The notes: generated from the letters alone by a model not told the origin. A stretch of 48,272 bases of DNA from an uncultured Peptococcaceae bacterium (GCA_947626615.1 CANQSW010000001.1:1-48272), one strand, 5' to 3'; shown: positions 1 through 11,148, counted from the first letter of the stretch. Numbers and translations are program-made.

Positions 1-412
1 CGCGCACTGCAACCACGTCGCCCACCTTGACCATAGCCGTGCGGATATTCATCTTTTTGCCGTTCAGAGTGAAATGCGCGTGGGAAACCAACTGCTTGGC
101 CTCGCGTCTGGTGGGAGCCAGCCCCAGGCGGAAAACTACGTTGTCCATGCGCTGTTCCAGCAGCGTCATCAGGTTTTCGCCCACGTTGCCGGACATTTTT
201 TCCGCTCTCTTAAAGGTGTTGCGGAGCTGTTTCTCCAGAATACCGTAAACAAATTTCACCTTCTGCTTCTCAGCCAGCTGCAGGGCGTAGTTGCTCTGCT
301 TTCTTCTGATCTGCTTCGGCTTTCTCTTGGATTTTTTATAAACGCCAACAAAACCCGGCTCGATGCCCAGGGTTCTGGCTCTTTTCAAAACAGGCTGAGT
401 ATTTCTTGCCAT
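1..412 (-). CDS. rpsD: 30S ribosomal protein S4 (uS4), N-terminal part; 3-prime end runs off the left window edge
   Basis: Reverse complement of 1-412 reads MARNTQPVLKRARTLGIEPGFVGVYKKSKRKPKQIRRKQSNYALQLAEKQKVKFVYGILEKQLRNTF..., with ATG at 410-412. Lies downstream of rpsK as in the alpha operon. The plus-strand ORFs 27-248 and 74-487 are antisense shadows. Confidence 0.9.
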   Translation of the reverse strand, partial: MARNTQPVLKRARTLGIEPGFVGVYKKSKRKPKQIRRKQSNYALQLAEKQKVKFVYGILEKQLRNTFKRAEKMSGNVGENLMTLLEQRMDNVVFRLGLAPTRREAKQLVSHAHFTLNGKKMNIRTAMVKVGDVVAVR

Positions 413-434
413 AATACGCTGTATCCCTCCTTCA

Positions 435-821
435 TCAAACTCTTCTTCTCTTCGGAGGACGGCACCCGTTATGCGGAATGGGGGTAACATCCTTGATCAT
501 GCTGATCTCCAAGCCGGCGGCCTGCAAAGCGCGGATAGCCGCCTCACGGCCGGAACCGGGCCCTTTCACCAGGCATTCCACCTGACGCAGGCCATGCACC
601 ATAGCTTCCTTGGCGGCCACGTCGGCAGCCTGCTGCGCCGCGAAAGGCGTGCTCTTACGAGAGCCCTTAAAGCCCTGCGCGCCCGCGCTGCTCCAGGAGA
701 TAGCGTTGCCGGCCTTGTCGGTGATGGTGACGATCGTGTTATTGAAAGTAGACTGAATATGCGCTACACCGAACTCGATGTTTTTCTTTTCTTTTCTCTT
801 ACGGATCTGTCTGCGAGCCAT
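435..821 (-). CDS. rpsK: 30S ribosomal protein S11 (uS11)
   Basis: Translation ...[30 protein letters not shown]...[11 protein letters not shown]... is canonical S11. Sits between rpsM and rpsD. Confidence 0.97.
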   Translation of the reverse strand: MARRQIRKRKEKKNIEFGVAHIQSTFNNTIVTITDKAGNAISWSSAGAQGFKGSRKSTPFAAQQAADVAAKEAMVHGLRQVECLVKGPGSGREAAIRALQAAGLEISMIKDVTPIPHNGCRPPKRRRV

Positions 822-838
822 TTTGTAACCCCCTTTCT

Positions 839-1210
839 TTATTTCTTGCGTTTGCCGCTTACGGTCCGCTTCGGACCTTTACGTGTTCTGGCGTTGTTCT
901 TCGTGTTCTGACCGCGCACAGGCAGGCCGCGGCGATGCCGCTGGCCGCGATAGCAGCCGATCTCCGTCAGTCGCTTGATGTTCAGAGCGATCTCACGGCG
1001 CAGGTCGCCTTCCACCTGGGTGGTCTTATCCAATACGTCGCGGATACGGCCGACTTCTTCGTCCGTCAGGTCCTTCACGCGGGTATCCGGATTCACGCCG
1101 GCTTCCTTCAATACCTTCTGCGAGGTGGGAAGCCCCACGCCGAAGATATAGGTCAGGCCGATCTCAACTCTTTTTTCTCTGGGCAAGTCTACACCAGCAA
1201 TACGAGCCAT
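839..1210 (-). CDS. rpsM: 30S ribosomal protein S13 (uS13)
   Basis: [26 protein letters not shown]... is the canonical S13 N-terminus. Confidence 0.97.
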   Translation of the reverse strand: MARIAGVDLPREKRVEIGLTYIFGVGLPTSQKVLKEAGVNPDTRVKDLTDEEVGRIRDVLDKTTQVEGDLRREIALNIKRLTEIGCYRGQRHRRGLPVRGQNTKNNARTRKGPKRTVSGKRKK

Positions 1211-1281
1211 TCTTACACCTCCAAAATTATAGCTGATATCATAAACTTAAAAATAAAATCAAAAACTTATCCTGTTTTGAA

Positions 1282-1395
1282 TTAGCCCTGTTTTTGCTTA
1301 TGCTTGGGGTTAGAGCAGATAACCATTACGGTACCGCGTCTTTTGATCACCTTGCATTTTTCGCAAATGGGCTTGGCAGAAGCACGAACCTTCAT
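1282..1395 (-). CDS. rpmJ: 50S ribosomal protein L36 (bL36), 37 aa, Cys-containing form
   Basis: Below the ORF-track size cutoff. Reverse complement reads [37 protein letters not shown]-stop. Lies between infA and rpsM as expected. Confidence 0.93.
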   Translation of the reverse strand: MKVRASAKPICEKCKVIKRRGTVMVICSNPKHKQKQG

Positions 1396-1433
1396 CGCTT
1401 TACCTCCTAATAAAAACCGGGTTTTCCCAAACT

Positions 1434-1652
1434 CTACTTATACCGATAAACAATGCGTCCGCGCTGCAGATCATACGGACTAAGCGCCACAGTCACCTTA
1501 TCGCCGGGCAGAATACGAATATAATTCATCCTGATCTTACCGGAAACGTGAGCAAGCACAACGTGGCCGTTTTCCAATTCCACCTTAAACATCGCGTTGG
1601 GCAGCGGGTCAATGACCGTGCCGCTGACTTCGATCTCATCAACCTTAGACAT
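1434..1652 (-). CDS. infA: translation initiation factor IF-1
   Basis: 72 aa ...[43 protein letters not shown]... is canonical IF-1 (S1-like fold). Confidence 0.97.
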   Translation of the reverse strand: MSKVDEIEVSGTVIDPLPNAMFKVELENGHVVLAHVSGKIRMNYIRILPGDKVTVALSPYDLQRGRIVYRYK

Positions 1653-1656
1653 TAGC

Positions 1657-1950
1657 TTACGCCTCCTCGTCAGGGTCTTCTCTTAAAAGCGCCGCCAGAT
1701 CGGCCCGGATATCCTCCGGCGTCAGCTTGCCGGCGGCCGCTTTGGCGCGGAAATCCACCGAGACCAGCTTCACCGGCTGCAAATGCCGGGGATTTTTGGC
1801 TTTGGGGTGGGCGGGCAGGCGTTTTCTGCCGTCCACCAGCAGCGCCGCGTTATCCCGCAGCTGCCAGACCAGATAATATTTGCCGCGGTCGCGCCCGGCA
1901 AGGGAACGCACCAGCTGGCCGGGCTGCAGGGGAGTTGCTTTTTCAGTCAT
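1657..1950 (-). CDS. KOW-domain RNA-binding protein (small conserved protein between map and infA in Clostridia)
   Basis: 97 aa with an L24/KOW-like segment [21 protein letters not shown]. The position between map and infA is typical for this family in Clostridia (recalled from memory). Confidence 0.7.
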   Translation of the reverse strand: MTEKATPLQPGQLVRSLAGRDRGKYYLVWQLRDNAALLVDGRKRLPAHPKAKNPRHLQPVKLVSVDFRAKAAAGKLTPEDIRADLAALLREDPDEEA

Positions 1951-1961
1951 GGCTCGTCACC

Positions 1962-2708
1962 TCACAGCACCGTCAATATCTGCGGCCCGTCGGCGGTAAT
2001 CGCCACGGTGTTCTCAAAGTGCGCCGAGGGTTTGCCGTCCAGCGTCACCACCGTCCAGCCGTCCGGCAGCGTCCGCACGGCGCCCGTGCCCAGATTCAGC
2101 ATCGGCTCAATGGCCAGCGCCATGCCCTCCGCCAATCTAAGCCCGCGTCCGGGGCGGCCGTAATTCGGCACGTCTGGCGCTTCGTGCATCTCGCGGCCGA
2201 TACCGTGGCCCACGTAATCCTGCACAATGCCAAGGCCCGCGGCCTCCGCCACCGTCTGGATACTGTGGCCGATATCGCCCAGACGGTTGCCGATCACCGC
2301 CATTTCGATGCCAGCGTAAAGGCTGGCCTCCGTCGCCCGCAGCAGCTCCGCCACCTCCGGCGTCACCTCACCCACCGGGAAAGTGCGCGCCGCGTCGCCG
2401 CAGAAGCCGTAAATTTCCGCCCCCACGTCGACGCTCAAGATATCGCCAGGCTTGAGCTCCCGCTTGCCGGGTATGCCGTGGATCACTTCGTCGTTCACCG
2501 ACATACAGCAGGCGGCCGGGAAGCCCTCATACCCCTTAAAAAGCGGTTTGGCGTGATGATGCAGGATCAGCCGCTCCGCCGCCAGATCCAGCTCGCCGGT
2601 GGTGACACCGGGGCGGATCTTCTCGCGCATCAGTTCAAAAACCTCCGCCACGATCTTGCCGGCCTCGCGCATTTTTCTGATCTCCGCCGCATTTTTAATG
2701 GTGATCAT
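1962..2708 (-). CDS. map: type I methionine aminopeptidase
   Basis: 248 aa with the MAP metal-ligand context (...SVDVGAEIYGFCGDAARTF..., ...GHGIGREMHE..., ...LAIEPM...). Follows adk. Confidence 0.95.
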   Translation of the reverse strand: MITIKNAAEIRKMREAGKIVAEVFELMREKIRPGVTTGELDLAAERLILHHHAKPLFKGYEGFPAACCMSVNDEVIHGIPGKRELKPGDILSVDVGAEIYGFCGDAARTFPVGEVTPEVAELLRATEASLYAGIEMAVIGNRLGDIGHSIQTVAEAAGLGIVQDYVGHGIGREMHEAPDVPNYGRPGRGLRLAEGMALAIEPMLNLGTGAVRTLPDGWTVVTLDGKPSAHFENTVAITADGPQILTVL

Positions 2709-2723
2709 CGCAGCCTACCCGCT

Positions 2724-3377
2724 TTACCAGTTCAGCCCCAGCCCGCGGCCCACGTCGGCCAGCACGCTGTTGATAGACTGGTCGCCGTTGATAGAGAGCA
2801 GCAGCCCCCGCGCCGCGTAATATTCGATCAGGGGCGCGGACTGCGCCTGATAAACGTCGAGCCGGTTCTGGATCGTTTCCACGGTATCGTCGGCCCGTTG
2901 ATACAGCTCGCCGCCACATTCGTCGCAACGGCCGGGCTCCGTCGGCGGGTTGTTCACCAGATGATAGGTCTGCGAGCAGTTGCGGCAGACCCGGCGGCCC
3001 GAAAGCCGCTCGATCAGTTTGTCTTTCGGCACGTCGATGTTGACGACCTTATCCAGCTTTTTGCCCTGCTCGGTCAGAATTTCCGCCAGAGCGTCCGCCT
3101 GGCCGATAGTGCGCGGCAGGCCGTCCAGAATAAAGCCGTCTTTGCAGTCGTCCTCGGCCAGCCTTTCCCGGATCATGCCCATAGTCACCTCGTCAGGCAC
3201 CAGATCGCCCTTGGAGATATACTGATTGGCCAGTTGACCCAGCTCCGTGCCGGCCTTGATATTGGCGCGGAAGATATCGCCGGTGGAGATATGCGGCACG
3301 AACAGCTTGCGCGCCATCACATCAGCCTGCGTGCCTTTGCCTGCGCCGGGAGGTCCCATCAAAACAATATTCATCAT
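2724..3377 (-). CDS. adk: adenylate kinase (Cys4 lid form)
   Basis: P-loop GPPGAGKGTQ and lid CRNC...CDECGG. The ORF track starts at a TTG (3380). An ATG at 3377 or 3374 follows the RBS GGAGG, so the exact start is uncertain by 3-6 nt. Confidence 0.95.
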   Translation of the reverse strand: MMNIVLMGPPGAGKGTQADVMARKLFVPHISTGDIFRANIKAGTELGQLANQYISKGDLVPDEVTMGMIRERLAEDDCKDGFILDGLPRTIGQADALAEILTEQGKKLDKVVNIDVPKDKLIERLSGRRVCRNCSQTYHLVNNPPTEPGRCDECGGELYQRADDTVETIQNRLDVYQAQSAPLIEYYAARGLLLSINGDQSINSVLADVGRGLGLNW

Positions 3378-3399
3378 CAAAACCTCCTAGATGACCGGC

Positions 3400-4653
3400 T
3401 TATTTCATAAAGCCGGAATACTGACGTTCCATGACCTGAGCGTCCAGCTGCTTCATGGTGTCGAGCGCCACGCCGACAACGATCAGCAGCGAAGTGCCGC
3501 CGAAGTAAATATCCAGCCCGGAGAACTTGCTGGCGATAAAAGGCAGCACGGCGATAGCCCCCAGGAAGATGCCGCCGGCCAAAGTGATCCTGGTCAGCAC
3601 CCTGTCCAGATATTCCGAGGTGGGCTCGCCGGGACGCAGGCCCGGGATAAAGCCGCCGTTCTTCTGCATATTTTCCGCCACCTCGCGGCAGTTGAACGTG
3701 ACCGCGGTGTAGAAATAAGTGAAGAAGATGATCAGCAGCACGTACATGAACATATAGAACCAGGAGCCCTGCGAGAACATACCCTGGATAAAGACAGCCA
3801 CGCTGTTGGTCGGGAACAGGCCCGCGATATAGGCCGGCAGCATCAGGATACACATCGCGAAGATGATCGGGATAACGCCGGTCTGGTTCACCTTGATCGG
3901 GATAAAGTTGCCCTGCCCGCCGTAAACGCGGCGGCCCACCACACGCTTGGCGTACTGCACCGGGATACGGCGCTGCGCCTCTTGAATGAACACCACGCCG
4001 GCGATGATCAGCACCGCCAGAATGATGAACAGAATGACCGTGATGATATTGGTCTGGCCGCCTCGAAGCGAAGTGACGATCGTGTTCAGACCGCCCGGCA
4101 GCGAGGCCAGGATACCGATAAAGATGATCAGCGAAGTGCCGTTGCCGATACCGTGTTCGGTGATTAGCTCGCCCAACCACATCAAAAAGCAAGTGCCGGC
4201 GGTCATGGTAACGGCCACCACCAGGCAGTTGAAAAGGCTGGGGACTTCCAGCGCGCGCCGCATATAAAGGGCCATGCCGATGGCCTGGATAAACGCCAGA
4301 CCGACGGCGGCATAGCGGGTGATAGTGGCCATTTTTTTGCGGCCTTCCATGCCCTCGCGGGCCAGATTTTCAAAATACGGGATCGCGATAGTCAACAGGT
4401 TCATAATAATGGACGCGTTGATATAAGGCATGATGCCCATCGCGCAAACGGTGAACGTCTTGAGCGCGCCGCCGGAGAACGTATCCACCAGCGTCCAGAT
4501 ATCCGCGGTGAACATCTGCTCCAGCGCGTCCTTGCTGATACCGGGCACGGGGATATGCGCCGCCAGACGGAAAACTACCAGCATCAACAGGGTGAAGATA
4601 ATTTTTTTCCTGACTTCCGCTATATTCCAAGCGTTTTTCAAAGTAGTCAACAA
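3400..4653 (-). CDS. secY: preprotein translocase subunit SecY
   Basis: 417 aa polytopic membrane protein with a conserved SecY N-terminus (...FRLAAHIPVPGI...) and expected position between rplO and adk. Confidence 0.96.
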   Translation of the reverse strand: MLTTLKNAWNIAEVRKKIIFTLLMLVVFRLAAHIPVPGISKDALEQMFTADIWTLVDTFSGGALKTFTVCAMGIMPYINASIIMNLLTIAIPYFENLAREGMEGRKKMATITRYAAVGLAFIQAIGMALYMRRALEVPSLFNCLVVAVTMTAGTCFLMWLGELITEHGIGNGTSLIIFIGILASLPGGLNTIVTSLRGGQTNIITVILFIILAVLIIAGVVFIQEAQRRIPVQYAKRVVGRRVYGGQGNFIPIKVNQTGVIPIIFAMCILMLPAYIAGLFPTNSVAVFIQGMFSQGSWFYMFMYVLLIIFFTYFYTAVTFNCREVAENMQKNGGFIPGLRPGEPTSEYLDRVLTRITLAGGIFLGAIAVLPFIASKFSGLDIYFGGTSLLIVVGVALDTMKQLDAQVMERQYSGFMK

Positions 4654-4654
4654 A

Positions 4655-5098
4655 TTACTTCACCTCTACTTTGCCGCCCACCGCCTCAATTTTTTCAGCA
4701 GCCGCTTTAGAGCAAGCAATCTGTACGGTCAACTGCTTGGTCAACTCGCCGTCAGCCAAAATTTTCAGGCCGTCGCGCTTCTTATTAACAATACCGGTCT
4801 GATACAAAAGCTCTTCCGTAACCACAGTGCCGTTATCGAAGCACTCCAATTTGCCCAGCGCCACGGGAATGATCTCCTTGCCGAACACGTTTTTGAAGCC
4901 GCGCTTCGGCAGACGCCGGAAGATAGGCATCTGGCCGCCTTCAAAGCCGGGACGCACGCCGCCGCCGGATCTGGCCTTCTGGCCCTTGTGGCCGCGGCCG
5001 GAGGTCTTGCCCAGCGTGGAGCCGATACCTCTGCCCTTGCGCACCTTCTTCTGACGCGAACCCGCGTTGGGACGCAATTCATTCAGTTGCATATTCAC
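4655..5098 (-). CDS. rplO: 50S ribosomal protein L15 (uL15)
   Basis: [56 protein letters not shown] is canonical L15. Confidence 0.96.
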   Translation of the reverse strand: MNMQLNELRPNAGSRQKKVRKGRGIGSTLGKTSGRGHKGQKARSGGGVRPGFEGGQMPIFRRLPKRGFKNVFGKEIIPVALGKLECFDNGTVVTEELLYQTGIVNKKRDGLKILADGELTKQLTVQIACSKAAAEKIEAVGGKVEVK

Positions 5099-5108
5099 AC
5101 CTCCCTAA

Positions 5109-5294
5109 TTATGCTTCTTCCACTTTAACCAGATGGGCAATTTTATGGACCTTGCCCATAATATCGGGAGTATCTTCCTGCACCACGCTGCTGTTAGTCT
5201 TCTTCAAGCCCAGCGAAACAGCGATGGCTCTTTGCTTCTTGTTATAGCCAATCGGGCTTTTGACCAGCGTAATTTTAACTTTAGCCATTGTCAT
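5109..5294 (-). CDS. rpmD: 50S ribosomal protein L30 (uL30)
   Basis: 61 aa, [28 protein letters not shown]. Lies between rpsE and rplO. Confidence 0.95.
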   Translation of the reverse strand: MTMAKVKITLVKSPIGYNKKQRAIAVSLGLKKTNSSVVQEDTPDIMGKVHKIAHLVKVEEA

Positions 5295-5300
5295 TCCCTC

Positions 5301-5807
5301 CTAGCCCAAAATTTCTTCCACGGTCTTGCCGCGCAGACGCGCCACCTGTTCCGCCGTCTTCATGCTCTTCAAGCCCTCCATAGTTGCGCGCACCATGTTG
5401 ATCGGGTTGTTGGAGCCCAAAGATTTCGTCAGAATATTGGCATAACCGGCAGCCTCCAGAACGGCACGCACCGGGCCGCCGGCGATAACGCCAGTACCGG
5501 GGGCGGCGGGCTTCAGCAGCACTCTGCCAGAGCCGAATTCGCCGACCACTTCATGCGGCACGGTGGTGTTCAGGATCGGCACGGTGATCATATCCTTTTT
5601 AGCCGCCTCGACGCCCTTGCGGATAGCTTCGGGCACCTCGGCCGCCTTGCCGATACCAAAGCCCACGTTGCCTTTGCCGTCGCCCACCACCATCAAGGCG
5701 GCGAAGCGGGCGCGTCTGCCGCCCTTAACGGTTTTGGCGACGCGGTTGATATGCACGGTGGTTTCGATCATCTCCGGCGCGGTATCTTTAACCTCAAATC
5801 TAGCCAT
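5301..5807 (-). CDS. rpsE: 30S ribosomal protein S5 (uS5)
   Basis: ...[48 protein letters not shown]... is canonical S5. Confidence 0.97.
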   Translation of the reverse strand: MARFEVKDTAPEMIETTVHINRVAKTVKGGRRARFAALMVVGDGKGNVGFGIGKAAEVPEAIRKGVEAAKKDMITVPILNTTVPHEVVGEFGSGRVLLKPAAPGTGVIAGGPVRAVLEAAGYANILTKSLGSNNPINMVRATMEGLKSMKTAEQVARLRGKTVEEILG

Positions 5808-5824
5808 TGTATTTCCTCCTCCTC

Positions 5825-6196
5825 TTAGAATTCCAGGCCGCCTTCTCTGGCGCCCTCCGCCAAAGCGGCAACCCGGCCATGATACAGGAGACCGCCCCGA
5901 TCAAAAACGACACCCTTTATGCCCTTTTCCAGAGCTCTTTCCGCCAGCAGCTTGCCGACGGCCTTGGCGGCCTCTTTGTTGCCGCCGTAGTTCTCGCGCA
6001 GCGACGCGTCCAGAGTGGAGGCGGCGCAAAGGGTCTTACCTACGGTATCGTCGATGATCTGAGCGTACATATGCTTGGCGCTGCGATATACAGCCAACCT
6101 CGGATATTCCGGAGTCCCGCTGATATTGCGGCGAATACGATAATGCTTCTTTTGGCGTTTAGCCTTGCGATCTACCTTCTTAAACAAGGTTTTCAC
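5825..6196 (-). CDS. rplR: 50S ribosomal protein L18 (uL18)
   Basis: ...[31 protein letters not shown]... is canonical L18. Confidence 0.96.
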   Translation of the reverse strand: MKTLFKKVDRKAKRQKKHYRIRRNISGTPEYPRLAVYRSAKHMYAQIIDDTVGKTLCAASTLDASLRENYGGNKEAAKAVGKLLAERALEKGIKGVVFDRGGLLYHGRVAALAEGAREGGLEF

Positions 6197-6296
6197 TTCC
6201 TTTACAATCTTTCAATCGCCGTTGATACTCCCAAGGTACGCAGCCTTGAGTAATCAAGCGGCCAAAGACCTGCAAACGACCGTGCCGGTCGCCTTA

Positions 6297-6839
6297 TCAC
6301 TTCTTGGCGCCGGTTTTGCCGGCTTTTTTAGCCACATACTCGCCCTCGTAGCGGATACCCTTGCCTTTGTAGGGTTCCGGCGGACGCTGCGCGCGGATCT
6401 TCGCCGCAAAGCCGCCCAAAACCTCTTTGTCCGGGCCGCTGATCACGATCTGAGTGGGCGCGGGGACTTGTATCTCCACGCCGGCCGGAGCAGCCAGCTC
6501 CACCGGGTGAGATTTGCCGACGGAGAGCGAAAGCACGTTGTTCTGCACCGCCGCGCGATAGCCCACGCCGATAATGGTGAGTTTTCTTTCAAAGCCGGTG
6601 GAAACGCCGGTCACCATGTTGGCAAGCAGCGCTCTGGTCAGCCCGTGATAAGCGCGGTTCTGCGCCGCGTCGCTGTCGCGGGTCACGACGATATGGCCGT
6701 CTTCCACCTTCACGTTGACCTCCGGGCGCACGTTGCGGCTCATTTCGCCTTTGGGGCCCTTAACAGTCACCAAACAGCCGTCCACGGTCACGTCCACCCC
6801 AGCCGGGATAGCGATAGGCAGTTTACCAATTCTGGACAT
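6297..6839 (-). CDS. rplF: 50S ribosomal protein L6 (uL6)
   Basis: [21 protein letters not shown]...VTVKGPKGE is canonical L6. Confidence 0.97.
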   Translation of the reverse strand: MSRIGKLPIAIPAGVDVTVDGCLVTVKGPKGEMSRNVRPEVNVKVEDGHIVVTRDSDAAQNRAYHGLTRALLANMVTGVSTGFERKLTIIGVGYRAAVQNNVLSLSVGKSHPVELAAPAGVEIQVPAPTQIVISGPDKEVLGGFAAKIRAQRPPEPYKGKGIRYEGEYVAKKAGKTGAKK

Positions 6840-6875
6840 TTCTCAAAAACACCTCTTTCTTATGGTCGGCGTGCC

Positions 6876-7274
6876 TTACCACACGTAGCAGAGAACCTCG
6901 CCGCCAAGGCCCTGTTTGCGGGCCTCTCTGTCAACCATCAACCCATGCGAAGTGGAGATGACGGCAATACCCAGGCCGCCCATAACGCGGGGCAGCTCTT
7001 CCTTGCCGACGTACACTCGCAGACCGGGTTTGGAGATTCTCTTCAATCCATTGATAATTCTTTCGCGGCCGGCGCCGTATTTCAGATAGATTCTGATAAC
7101 GCCCTGCTTGCCGTCTTCGATATATTCCACGTCGTTGACGAAGCCCTCGGCCTTAAGTATCTCGGCCAGCTTCATTTTGGTCTTGGACGCGGGGATTTCC
7201 ACCTTATCCATCAATACCATATTGGCATTTCTGATTCTCGTCAAAAAATCAGCGATAGGATCAGTAACAACCAT
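6876..7274 (-). CDS. rpsH: 30S ribosomal protein S8 (uS8)
   Basis: [18 protein letters not shown]... with C-terminal ...GGEVLCYVW is canonical S8. Confidence 0.97.
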   Translation of the reverse strand: MVVTDPIADFLTRIRNANMVLMDKVEIPASKTKMKLAEILKAEGFVNDVEYIEDGKQGVIRIYLKYGAGRERIINGLKRISKPGLRVYVGKEELPRVMGGLGIAVISTSHGLMVDREARKQGLGGEVLCYVW

Positions 7275-7307
7275 TAGGATCTACCTCCTTCCTTCAAGGT
7301 CGGCGCT

Positions 7308-7493
7308 CTACCAACTGGATTTGGTAACGCCGGGGATTTCGCCTTTATAAGCCAGCTCTCGGAAACAAATACGGCAGATGCCGAATTTACGCATATAAGC
7401 ATGAGGACGGCCGCAGATCTTGCAGCGATTATAGCCTCTCACCTGAAATTTCGGCTTCCGTTGCTGCTTGGCAATCATAGATTTCTTCGCCAT
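7308..7493 (-). CDS. rpsZ: 30S ribosomal protein S14, short type-Z zinc form
   Basis: 61 aa with [21 protein letters not shown] (CxxC...CxxC). Lies between rplE and rpsH. Confidence 0.96.
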   Translation of the reverse strand: MAKKSMIAKQQRKPKFQVRGYNRCKICGRPHAYMRKFGICRICFRELAYKGEIPGVTKSSW

Positions 7494-7504
7494 TATTTTT
7501 CCTC

Positions 7505-8050
7505 CTAATTATTAGCGTAAGGCATACCCATCTGAGCAAGCAGTTCCTTACATTCAGCGTCGGTTTTGGCGCTGGTCACAAAACAAACCTCCAGGCCGCG
7601 CAGGCGGTCGATCTTCTCGTAGTCGATCTCCGGGAAGATCAGCTGCTCCTTCAGGCCCAGCGTATAGTTGCCGCGGCCGTCGAAAGCCTTGTCGGAAACG
7701 CCCTTGAAATCGCGGACGCGAGGCAGGGATACCGAAATCAGCTTATCCACAAATTCGTACATACGCTGGCCGCGCAGAGTCACCTTGCAGCCGATCGCCA
7801 TGCCCTCGCGGATCTTGAAGGAAGCGATGGACTTCTTGGCGCGGGTCACCACCGGTTTCTGGCCGGAGATGGTCGCCAGGTCGTTCACCGCGGCGTCCAG
7901 CGCCTTCGGGTTCTGCACCGCCTCGCCCAGACCCATATTGATGACCACCTTTTCCAGCTTGGGGATCTCCATTACGTTCTTGTAGGCGAATTTTTCTTGG
8001 AGAGAAGGTCTGATCTCGCTGTCATAGCGTTCTTTTAATCTGTTTGCCAT
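7505..8050 (-). CDS. rplE: 50S ribosomal protein L5 (uL5)
   Basis: [44 protein letters not shown] is canonical L5. Confidence 0.97.
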   Translation of the reverse strand: MANRLKERYDSEIRPSLQEKFAYKNVMEIPKLEKVVINMGLGEAVQNPKALDAAVNDLATISGQKPVVTRAKKSIASFKIREGMAIGCKVTLRGQRMYEFVDKLISVSLPRVRDFKGVSDKAFDGRGNYTLGLKEQLIFPEIDYEKIDRLRGLEVCFVTSAKTDAECKELLAQMGMPYANN

Positions 8051-8073
8051 TTTAACAGTTCCTCCTTTCTCCC

Positions 8074-8397
8074 TTATTTATCGAATTTAGTGCCGCACTT
8101 TACGCAAGCGCGTACGGTCTTGCCGTTTTCCACCACACGAGCGATGCGAACGCCCTTTTTGCACTTGGGGCAATAGGGCATAACGTTGGAAGCGTCGATG
8201 AACGATTCCTTCTCCATGATGCCGCCCTGGGGGTCTTTCTTGCTGGGCTTGGTATGGCGTTTGATCTTAGCCACGCCGGCCACCACGACCTTGCCCTTGC
8301 TGGGGCTGGCCGCCAGCACCTTGCCGGTGGTCCCGGCGTCCTTGCCGGCGATGACCACGACCGTATCGCCTTTTTTAACGTGTAATTTGTTAGCCAT
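8074..8397 (-). CDS. rplX: 50S ribosomal protein L24 (uL24) with C-terminal CxxC...CxxC ribbon
   Basis: KOW motif [17 protein letters not shown]-terminal [27 protein letters not shown]. Confidence 0.95.
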   Translation of the reverse strand: MANKLHVKKGDTVVVIAGKDAGTTGKVLAASPSKGKVVVAGVAKIKRHTKPSKKDPQGGIMEKESFIDASNVMPYCPKCKKGVRIARVVENGKTVRACVKCGTKFDK

Positions 8398-8413
8398 TTC
8401 TACACCTCCCAGC

Positions 8414-8782
8414 CTAAAGCACTTCCGGCGCCAGAGAAACGATCTTCATAAAATCCTTATCTCTGAGCTCGCGGGCCACAGGGCCAAAAATTCTTGTGCC
8501 CCGGGGCTGGTTCTGATCGTTGATGATAACGCCGGTGTTCTCGTCGAAGCGGATATAAGAACCGTCCGGGCGTTTGATCTCTTTCTTGGTACGAACAACA
8601 ACGGCGCGCACAACGTCGCCTTTTTTGACCACGCCGCCGGGCGTTGCAACCTTAACGGAGCAGATAATGACATCGCCCACGGTCGCGTAACGACGGCGGG
8701 AACCGCCCAAAACCTTAATGCAGAGCAGTTCTTTGGCACCGGTATTGTCACCGACTTTTAATCTGGTTTCAGCCTGAATCAT
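8414..8782 (-). CDS. rplN: 50S ribosomal protein L14 (uL14)
   Basis: [28 protein letters not shown] is canonical L14. Confidence 0.97.
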   Translation of the reverse strand: MIQAETRLKVGDNTGAKELLCIKVLGGSRRRYATVGDVIICSVKVATPGGVVKKGDVVRAVVVRTKKEIKRPDGSYIRFDENTGVIINDQNQPRGTRIFGPVARELRDKDFMKIVSLAPEVL

Positions 8783-8815
8783 TAGAGGCCGCCCCCTTTC
8801 TTAAACTAAATCTGC

Positions 8816-9091
8816 TTAGATGATCGGAGCCTTTTCTACGATCGCAAGCAAGTTCCAGCGCTTATCCTTGGAAAGCGGTCTGGTCTCGACGATCTGCACT
8901 CTGTCTCCGATATGGGCTTCGTTGTTCTCATCGTGCGCTTTGTATTTTTTGCTGGCCAGCATGGTCTTACCATAAAGAGGATGAGCTACGCGAGTTTCCA
9001 CTTTAACCACGATGGTCTTATCCATTTTGTCCGAAACCACGACGCCGATCTGCGTCTTGCGGGTTTTTCTTGCAGTGTTGGTCACTTTCAT
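8816..9091 (-). CDS. rpsQ: 30S ribosomal protein S17 (uS17)
   Basis: ...[27 protein letters not shown]...[16 protein letters not shown]... is canonical S17. Confidence 0.95.
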   Translation of the reverse strand: MKVTNTARKTRKTQIGVVVSDKMDKTIVVKVETRVAHPLYGKTMLASKKYKAHDENNEAHIGDRVQIVETRPLSKDKRWNLLAIVEKAPII

Positions 9092-9104
9092 GCTCCTCCT
9101 TTCC

Positions 9105-9308
9105 TTATGCTTCGGCCTGCTTCAGCTCTCTTTCACGGATAATGGTCTTCACCCGTGCCATGTCTTTCTTAACGTCTTTGATGCTGGAGGGGTTTTCCAG
9201 CTGACCGGTCGCGGCGCGGAAGCGCAGGTTGAAAAGCTCAACCTTCAGATCGGCGACCTTCTTCTGCAATTCGTCGTTGGACAAATCGCGGATCTCCTGT
9301 GCTTTCAT
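9105..9308 (-). CDS. rpmC: 50S ribosomal protein L29 (uL29)
   Basis: [30 protein letters not shown] is canonical L29. Overlaps the rplP stop by 1 nt. Confidence 0.95.
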   Translation of the reverse strand: MKAQEIRDLSNDELQKKVADLKVELFNLRFRAATGQLENPSSIKDVKKDMARVKTIIRERELKQAEA

Positions 9309-9736
9309 TATGCCTCAGCCTCCCCTGCGTTTTCTCTCGCCACAAACTTGCACTTGATCGGCAGCTTGTGGGCGGCCAGGCGCATAGCTTCTCTGGCCAC
9401 TTCTTCGCTCACCCCGGCGATCTCGAACATGACCTTGCCGGGCTTCACCACCGCCACCCAGAACTCCGGAGCGCCTTTACCAGAACCCATACGGGTATCG
9501 GCCGGCTTTTTGGTCACGGGCTTATGCGGGAAAATTTTGATCCAAACCTGACCGCCACGCTTGATGTAACGGGTCATGGCGACACGGGCCGCCTCGATCT
9601 GACGGCTGGTGATCCAGCTGGCTTCCAGAGCCTGCAAGCCATATTCGCCATAAGCGACGTAATTGCCCTTGTGCGCCTCGCCGTTCATACGACCGCGGTG
9701 CTGGCGGCGGTATTTAACTCTCTTCGGCAATAACAT
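9308..9736 (-). CDS. rplP: 50S ribosomal protein L16 (uL16)
   Basis: [19 protein letters not shown]... is canonical L16. Confidence 0.97.
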   Translation of the reverse strand: MLLPKRVKYRRQHRGRMNGEAHKGNYVAYGEYGLQALEASWITSRQIEAARVAMTRYIKRGGQVWIKIFPHKPVTKKPADTRMGSGKGAPEFWVAVVKPGKVMFEIAGVSEEVAREAMRLAAHKLPIKCKFVARENAGEAEA

Positions 9737-10462
9737 TTATGCGCCCTCCTCCGTACCTCTTCTTCTGTTACGCGGGCGGGAAGGCCGGCGGTTGGGCCGC
9801 GCTTCCTCTTTCTTCTCCTCGGTCGGCAGCGGACGCCCGCCCAGGATCTCGCCCTTATAGATCCAGACCTTGATACCGATCTTGCCATAAGTGGTATCAG
9901 CCTCGGCAGTTGCGTAATCGATATCCGCACGCAGCGTGTGCAGCGGCACCTTGCCGTCGGACACCCACTCGGTGCGGGCGATCTCGGCGCCGCCCAGACG
10001 GCCGGAACACATGATCTTCACGCCCTCGGCGCCCATGCGCATGGTGCGGCCCATGGCCTGCTTCATAGCGCGGCGGAAGGCGATACGCTTCTCCAGCTGG
10101 GCGGCGATGTTCTCCGCCACCAGCTGAGCGTCCAGCTCGGGGCGTTTCACCTCGATGATGTTGAGGAAAACGTTCTTGCCGGTCATTTCTTTCAGCTGCA
10201 CGCGCAGCGCTTCCACGTCGGCGCCGTTGCGGCCGATCACCAAGCCGGGCTTGGCGGTGTGGATATTGATCTTGACGCGGTTAGCCGCCCGCTCGATCTC
10301 CAGGCAGGAGATACCGGTGTCATATAATTTTTTCTTCAGGAACTGGCGGATCTTGTGATCCTCCAGCAGATATTCGGAAAACTGCTTGTCAGCGTACCAA
10401 CGGGAATCCCAGTTTTTGATAACGCCGACGCGAAGTCCCTTGGGATTGACTTTCTGTCCCAC
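9737..10462 (-). CDS. rpsC: 30S ribosomal protein S3 (uS3), with basic C-terminal tail
   Basis: [24 protein letters not shown] is canonical S3. The tail is ...[27 protein letters not shown]. Confidence 0.97.
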   Translation of the reverse strand: MGQKVNPKGLRVGVIKNWDSRWYADKQFSEYLLEDHKIRQFLKKKLYDTGISCLEIERAANRVKINIHTAKPGLVIGRNGADVEALRVQLKEMTGKNVFLNIIEVKRPELDAQLVAENIAAQLEKRIAFRRAMKQAMGRTMRMGAEGVKIMCSGRLGGAEIARTEWVSDGKVPLHTLRADIDYATAEADTTYGKIGIKVWIYKGEILGGRPLPTEEKKEEARPNRRPSRPRNRRRGTEEGA

Positions 10463-10465
10463 AGC

Positions 10466-10807
10466 TTAAGCCTCCTCTCTTTCCGCCACCACCACGGTAA
10501 CGTGGCTGGTGCGATGTACCATACGGTCCGCACGACCCTGCGCTCTCGGCTTGATGCGCTTGATCGACGGCCCCTGGTCAATGATCGCGCCCTTAACGAT
10601 GAGCTTTTCTCTATCCAGCCCCAGATTGTTTTCAGCGTTGGCTGCTGCTGAGAGCATCACTTTACTGATAACGCCGGCGGCCTTGTTGGGTGTGTAACGG
10701 AGAATGGCTTGTGCTTCCTGTATATCCTTACCCTTGATCAGATCGGCCACCAAACGGGCCTTTCTGGGGGACATACGAACATATTTGGCAATGGCTTTTG
10801 CCTCCAT
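10466..10807 (-). CDS. rplV: 50S ribosomal protein L22 (uL22)
   Basis: ...KYVRMSPRKARLVADLIKGKDIQEAQAILRYTPNKAA... is canonical L22. Confidence 0.96.
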   Translation of the reverse strand: MEAKAIAKYVRMSPRKARLVADLIKGKDIQEAQAILRYTPNKAAGVISKVMLSAAANAENNLGLDREKLIVKGAIIDQGPSIKRIKPRAQGRADRMVHRTSHVTVVVAEREEA

Positions 10808-10839
10808 TAAAAACTACCCCCTCTCGGTGTCAATATCGC

Positions 10840-11124
10840 TTATTTCGCCTTGGAACCTTTTTCCACCAGAGAGCCGTGGCCGCGGTAACGGCGGGTCAAA
10901 ACGAACTCGCCCAGCTTATGGCCAACCATATCTTCGGTGATATATACGGGAACGTGCTTTCTGCCGTCATGCAGCGCAATAGTGTGCCCGACCATCTGCG
11001 GGAAAATTGTGGAACGGCGGCTCCAGCTTTTGATGACCTTTTTATCGCCGCTTTCGTTCATGGCTTCGATTCTCGCCAGCAGTCTTTCTTCACAATAAGG
11101 TCCTTTTTTCAACGATCTGCCCAT
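10840..11124 (-). CDS. rpsS: 30S ribosomal protein S19 (uS19)
   Basis: [16 protein letters not shown]...[23 protein letters not shown] is canonical S19. Confidence 0.97.
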   Translation of the reverse strand: MGRSLKKGPYCEERLLARIEAMNESGDKKVIKSWSRRSTIFPQMVGHTIALHDGRKHVPVYITEDMVGHKLGEFVLTRRYRGHGSLVEKGSKAK

Positions 11125-11148
11125 GAAGCATATCCTCCTTCCACAATA

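Noticed and set aside
3377-4192. 271-aa alternative-frame ORF within secY, and similar nested ORFs such as 4765-5082, 8446-8751 and 39490-39948.
   Set aside because: These are out-of-frame shadows inside confidently assigned genes, with Arg/Gly/Pro-rich nonsense translations.
8074-8397. Cys4 ribbons in core proteins: the L24 C-terminus, S14 type Z (7308-7493), the adenylate kinase lid (2724-3377) and L36 (1282-1395).
   Set aside because: Zinc-binding (C-plus) variants of these proteins are well known, for example Thermus L24, type-Z S14 and Gram-positive Adk. They are lineage traits, not novelties. Only the EF-Tu cysteine cluster was kept as a finding.
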